Shown here one piece after another: positions 61,401 through 64,000 of a DNA stretch of 64,000 bases. The DNA is from Candidatus Hydrogenedentota bacterium (GTDB lineage Bacteria; Hydrogenedentota; Hydrogenedentia; Hydrogenedentales; SLHB01), in assembly GCA_963674865.2 (NCBI GenBank), contig CAXXYE010000001.1:352001-416000 (forward strand), read 5' to 3'. The position numbers and the translations under genes are program-made. The notes beneath the pieces were generated by a model. It was not told where the DNA came from, made no database searches, and saw only the letters and a program-made list of their open reading frames with translations. Within the stretch, counting starts at the first letter, position 1; each line of letters starts with the position of its first letter.

Positions 61401-63209
61401 CGTTAGCCGGGCCGCAGTGGGCACCGGCACGGCCTCGACGTCCGCGCGTGGCCGGATGTCTTCGAGGAAGCGTTGGCCGCCTGCGCCCGTGATCAGGAGC
61501 GCGGGAATGCCGTCAGCGAGCGTCTTGCATGCGCCTACCAGGAAAGGTTCCGGCGACGGCAAGACGCTTTCGTTGATGAGAATATCCGAGTCGAGGCCGC
61601 GTTCGAGAAGTTCCCGGCGCTGGAGGAGGGCCATTTCGTGCAGCTTGAAGGCGGCTGTCGGCCCCGGGGCGCTTTGTTTTCGGCGATGCAGGAGAGCCGT
61701 GCCGTCGAGAGCTTGGTGCCGGGATAATTCCGGGATGCCCAGTATCTGGAGGTTACTGACGATCCCCTTCAGGCCCGCTTGCGTGAGCAGTTGGGGGGTC
61801 TGCGGAGCTATTGCGGGTGTATCCCAAGCGAGGTAGCAGGGGTTCATGTTACGCAGAACTGCCCACGCTGTATGATGGCCGTACGCTAGGTTTCGGACGA
61901 GCAATTCCCCGGAGGCCAGGCGTTCATCGGGTACGGTGTAGCCCGCATGGGCCGCGCACCGCGCCCCGCTGACGGCGTCGAGCAGCTCGGCGCGCGCCTC
62001 AGGATGGCATTCAAGATAGGGCTTCCACAGGTCGAGTCCGCCCAGGCTGAAGCCGTAACTTGGGTCCTGTCCAAGAAGCGCGACCTGGCGGTCCAATATG
62101 GCCAGGCGGTCGGCTGTCGAGGCGGGTCCGTCCGCGGCGGCGAATAAGTGCTCGACGGGTACGACATAGACTCTGCCGCTTGGAGGCGGCGTGCCGACGG
62201 TGATAGACGAGGCGAAGGCGGCCTGCTCGCTGCCCGCCTCGATGGTGACGTCGACCCTGAGCGCATCGCCGGGGGCTCTGCCGGCAATGGGGATGGGCAT
62301 AAGGGCCTCGGCCTGTGTTTCGGGAGTGATGGGGCCGAGGGTAACCTCAACGGGCGCTCCCATGCCCGAAGCCGTTGCCTGGACTTTGACGGCCGGCGAG
62401 ACTTCCGTGTAAGGGTTGAAGACAGTTAAGCGAACACGCTGGCGCAGGTCCGCGCCGCGTCCTGCGAATGTTCCGGTGCTCTCCAGTTTCGGTACATAGG
62501 CGGTCTTGCTCATCCGCTCCAGCGGTAGGATACGCAGTCCGAATTCAAAGCCGGACGTTTCCTGGAGCATGGGGCGGTTCAGGAAGCCTTGCGTCTTGAA
62601 GTGGGACATGTCGACGCCAGTGGCTTCGGCGAGCGCTTCGAGTGAGGCGCCCGGTATCTCTAGAACGAGCAGGTTCGTGCCCGCGCGAAACATCGTCCCG
62701 AGCCGATCTACGCCGGCCGCGGCCGCCGGTGCGGCGTGTATCTCCCGCAACGGGAAGCCGTTGAGGTACGCGCGAACGCCAAGGGGACTTTGGATATCCA
62801 GATAAACGAGCCGCTCCCCCTGGCTCACGGCGTAGAAGGCCGCATAGGCGACGCCTTCCCGGGTGTTTGGGAAAAACGGCGAGAGATCGAGCGTCTCGTC
62901 CTTCGATCCGGCCTCTTGCCATACGGCGGTTCCTGCCGGCGTTTGCACCTTCATCAGGTGCTTGGGCCGCATCCGCGCGATGCCGCCGGCGGGCGCCATG
63001 AAGTCTGTGTCGCCCAAAGGCGCGTCGCCGCGCCGCACAGCGGCGACGATTCCCCCCTCTGCGTCCGGTGTAAACGGCCCGCAAACGAGCCAGTGGGCGA
63101 CGTATCCCCGATCGAGGATGGTGTCGAGTGATTCCTGCGCGTAGAGGAAGGGCGAAGCGAGTATGGCGGTGCAGAGGATGATGAATCGTTTCACACTAAC
63201 TCCGGCCAT
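58458..63209 (-). CDS. Large secreted GH38 alpha-mannosidase-like multidomain protein, probably degenerate
   Basis: Signal peptide, WLVCGPF N-terminal domain, SGELLVRNLAYG, PQTPQLL, VVFNPSSWPR, VPALGYKTY, IENEYFRV and LTALK. Confidence 0.7.
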   Translation of the reverse strand: MAGVSVKRFIILCTAILASPFLYAQESLDTILDRGYVAHWLVCGPFTPDAEGGIVAAVRRGDAPLGDTDFMAPAGGIARMRPKHLMKVQTPAGTAVWQEAGSKDETLDLSPFFPNTREGVAYAAFYAVSQGERLVYLDIQSPLGVRAYLNGFPLREIHAAPAAAAGVDRLGTMFRAGTNLLVLEIPGASLEALAEATGVDMSHFKTQGFLNRPMLQETSGFEFGLRILPLERMSKTAYVPKLESTGTFAGRGADLRQRVRLTVFNPYTEVSPAVKVQATASGMGAPVEVTLGPITPETQAEALMPIPIAGRAPGDALRVDVTIEAGSEQAAFASSITVGTPPPSGRVYVVPVEHLFAAADGPASTADRLAILDRQVALLGQDPSYGFSLGGLDLWKPYLECHPEARAELLDAVSGARCAAHAGYTVPDERLASGELLVRNLAYGHHTAWAVLRNMNPCYLAWDTPAIAPQTPQLLTQAGLKGIVSNLQILGIPELSRHQALDGTALLHRRKQSAPGPTAAFKLHEMALLQRRELLERGLDSDILINESVLPSPEPFLVGACKTLADGIPALLITGAGGQRFLEDIRPRADVEAVPVPTAARLTNSYQLGALLAQTDLKQAHSAVENLVLTAEKLATLAGLLGATYPEAALDMAWRQLLHNSTASTLGFCGHPRSYLDALAAYREAAALAAEVRDKSLAYMAREADVYAAAPDRTEGVLALVVFNPSSWPRTDVCHLDIDIPPSGGLAIFDDAGQDTPFLANELRVSRNRLVGARVRLVATDVPALGYKTYYLRPRGALPKPSQGPGAQIENEYFRVLIDGKTGAITSLFDKATDIDHAQGPLNEIVALREDASKSHGGRDLWTSGEIVRAGANKPEVTVSRSGLCEQAVITSPFRGGKLTRRVTLYRGVPRVDCEARFEGVDAGGHCFAATFKVNADNRAPIFGERFGAVVGRKGTQALDWQTEDGVNTSGTGMQPALRWAALSPNDHIEAGPDTAAPLGPCAVVHGDNPALRRAAEEIQAALASRGIPSATWTDRPRRLSTIWTDSTEFPNLNDDLNYGTAMRVVVGSPEQNIVSKHLFLQLTERTILRLRERMTEGAVLFFEDIDVPDGQPPVPTLLLAGHTDTTTVSLAEGFAQAVRATGVYAMPPEAFLPVERQVQPDSGLAVLFPGTALAGTGHDGTLVLGLWHDAQWTTPEGDNMGIHSAGGTHTFHYALLPFAHTWREARVPQAAHAYNEAFVGAVTDLHLGPLPAQQGFLEPQNADFILTALKPSGFNLASMLDQTPAPRDGITVRGYEATGRPWGGNLRLFTSVRDAWESNPLESRGDPLPFDKNLIVLRVPAFDVKTVGIAPSSRAPRGQSAELSPSIDPNGPVFTRYWRHGSGAAPLGFQPVSMLLRGGLEDDSPAITALIANNLTGLPLQGTVHLYASEGWTISPTTFDYDLAPGEFAEQEVLVLRRRGLDETGGVVAWTTYGGRRYQDLLALDDAPLAIEISRNDTEFRVTAINRSGLAAEGYVELIIPPECWPELGGRKASVTPRRAPVHVPPFGSQRVLFRCADSEAPPWIIAKLAANGHALYAKAAR

Positions 63210-63569
63210 TGCTTGTAGGTCCAGAACTCAAGAAAAGGTCCCGAAAGACTCCCGAAATTGGAAAGAGAGCCACGCGCTCAACAGCATTCCGGCGAGAAGT
63301 CGTAGGGGTAGGGGCAACGGCCATGGCACCTCGCTGAAGACGAGGCCCTTGCCGCGTTTCCCGGCCCTCTTGAAAAACCAGAACCGCATTTCCCATTATC
63401 TCCGCCGCGCGGAGGCATTCTTGCTTGGTTTCGCGGGGATGTCAAATCGTTGGATGCGTGCGGCACGATGTCGTGGATTGGGGGAGTGGGTTCCGGCGGA
63501 TTCAGTTCGGGGATAGTGGGCGTCGCTTCCGTACAGGACGAGTGAGCGGCGTTGTGGTATGCTCAGGTC

Positions 63570-64000
63570 ATGGGGACGTTACGGTGGCGAATACGGACTC
63601 ACTGGAACCGAACAGACACGGTTGTGCTGGTGTGCAACACGGTGGCTTTGGTCCTCCTCATCGGCAACTGCTGGTGGGAATCGGTCGCAGCCTGTTACGT
63701 TGCTCTGCTGTTGCCGCTCTCCTTCCAGGTGCTTCACGCCTATCGCGACGCCGGGCCTCTGCGGCGGGGCTTGCTTTTTGGCGTGCTCGTAGCCGCGGTG
63801 TGGCCCATTGGCGAGTGGTTTATCGTCAATGTATTCGGGTGGTGGGGAGAGTATGTCGGTGCGGGGCCGCGCGTCCTCGAAACTGCCGTCTACTGCATGC
63901 TCATCGGATGGCTGGCGTCCACCTATTGCTACTACGTGGGTGAGCGGACGATGGACCTCGGGTATTCGGTTCGCGCTGCGTGTTTGGTGGCGGGAGGCAG
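63570..64000 (+). CDS. Hypothetical membrane protein, 3'-truncated by the window edge
   Basis: Manually translated frame MGTLRWRIRTHWNRTDTVVLVC...LLFGVLVAAVWPIGEW... stays open to the end of the window. Absent from the ORF track because it has no stop. Confidence 0.65.
   Translation, partial: MGTLRWRIRTHWNRTDTVVLVCNTVALVLLIGNCWWESVAACYVALLLPLSFQVLHAYRDAGPLRRGLLFGVLVAAVWPIGEWFIVNVFGWWGEYVGAGPRVLETAVYCMLIGWLASTYCYYVGERTMDLGYSVRAACLVAGG

Noticed and set aside
63300..63356. GTAGGGGCAAC...CTTGCCGC possible GTAG-type REP or riboswitch
   Set aside because: Single degenerate copy with no convincing match to an RNA family I can recognise.

Overview
High-GC bacterial chromosomal window. The gene content (sulfatases, URO-D family, DUF1559-type prepilin, ECF sigma factor fused to carboxypeptidase-regulatory repeats) suggests Ca. 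Hydrogenedentes or a Planctomycetota-like lineage; this is inference only. Housekeeping genes: pyrB (partial), pyrC, queA, NAD kinase, a frameshifted nadE, secA and yjbQ. Other loci: a GT2/TMTC-like/GT-C glycosylation cluster, an acyl-CoA dehydrogenase/ETF/ETF-QO/FabK-like cluster, glycan-degrading enzymes, a DUF4160/DUF2442 pair and an IS200 element. The most unusual region is 41.1-44.0 kb. There, two nearly identical Y1 HUH (RAYT-type) transposase genes are each bracketed by inverted ends (GGGACAGACTACGAATT) with short tandem duplications at the tips, and they alternate with unrelated, lower-GC membrane-protein genes in a cassette-like array. Small palindromes with the same ends occur at about 1.95, 16.7 and 44.6 kb, and one is interrupted by a 151-bp MITE with a 5-bp target duplication. 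Also notable are a GH78 rhamnosidase fused to a YkuD L,D-transpeptidase domain and three apparent pseudoenzymes. All family calls come from motif recognition by eye; no database search was run.
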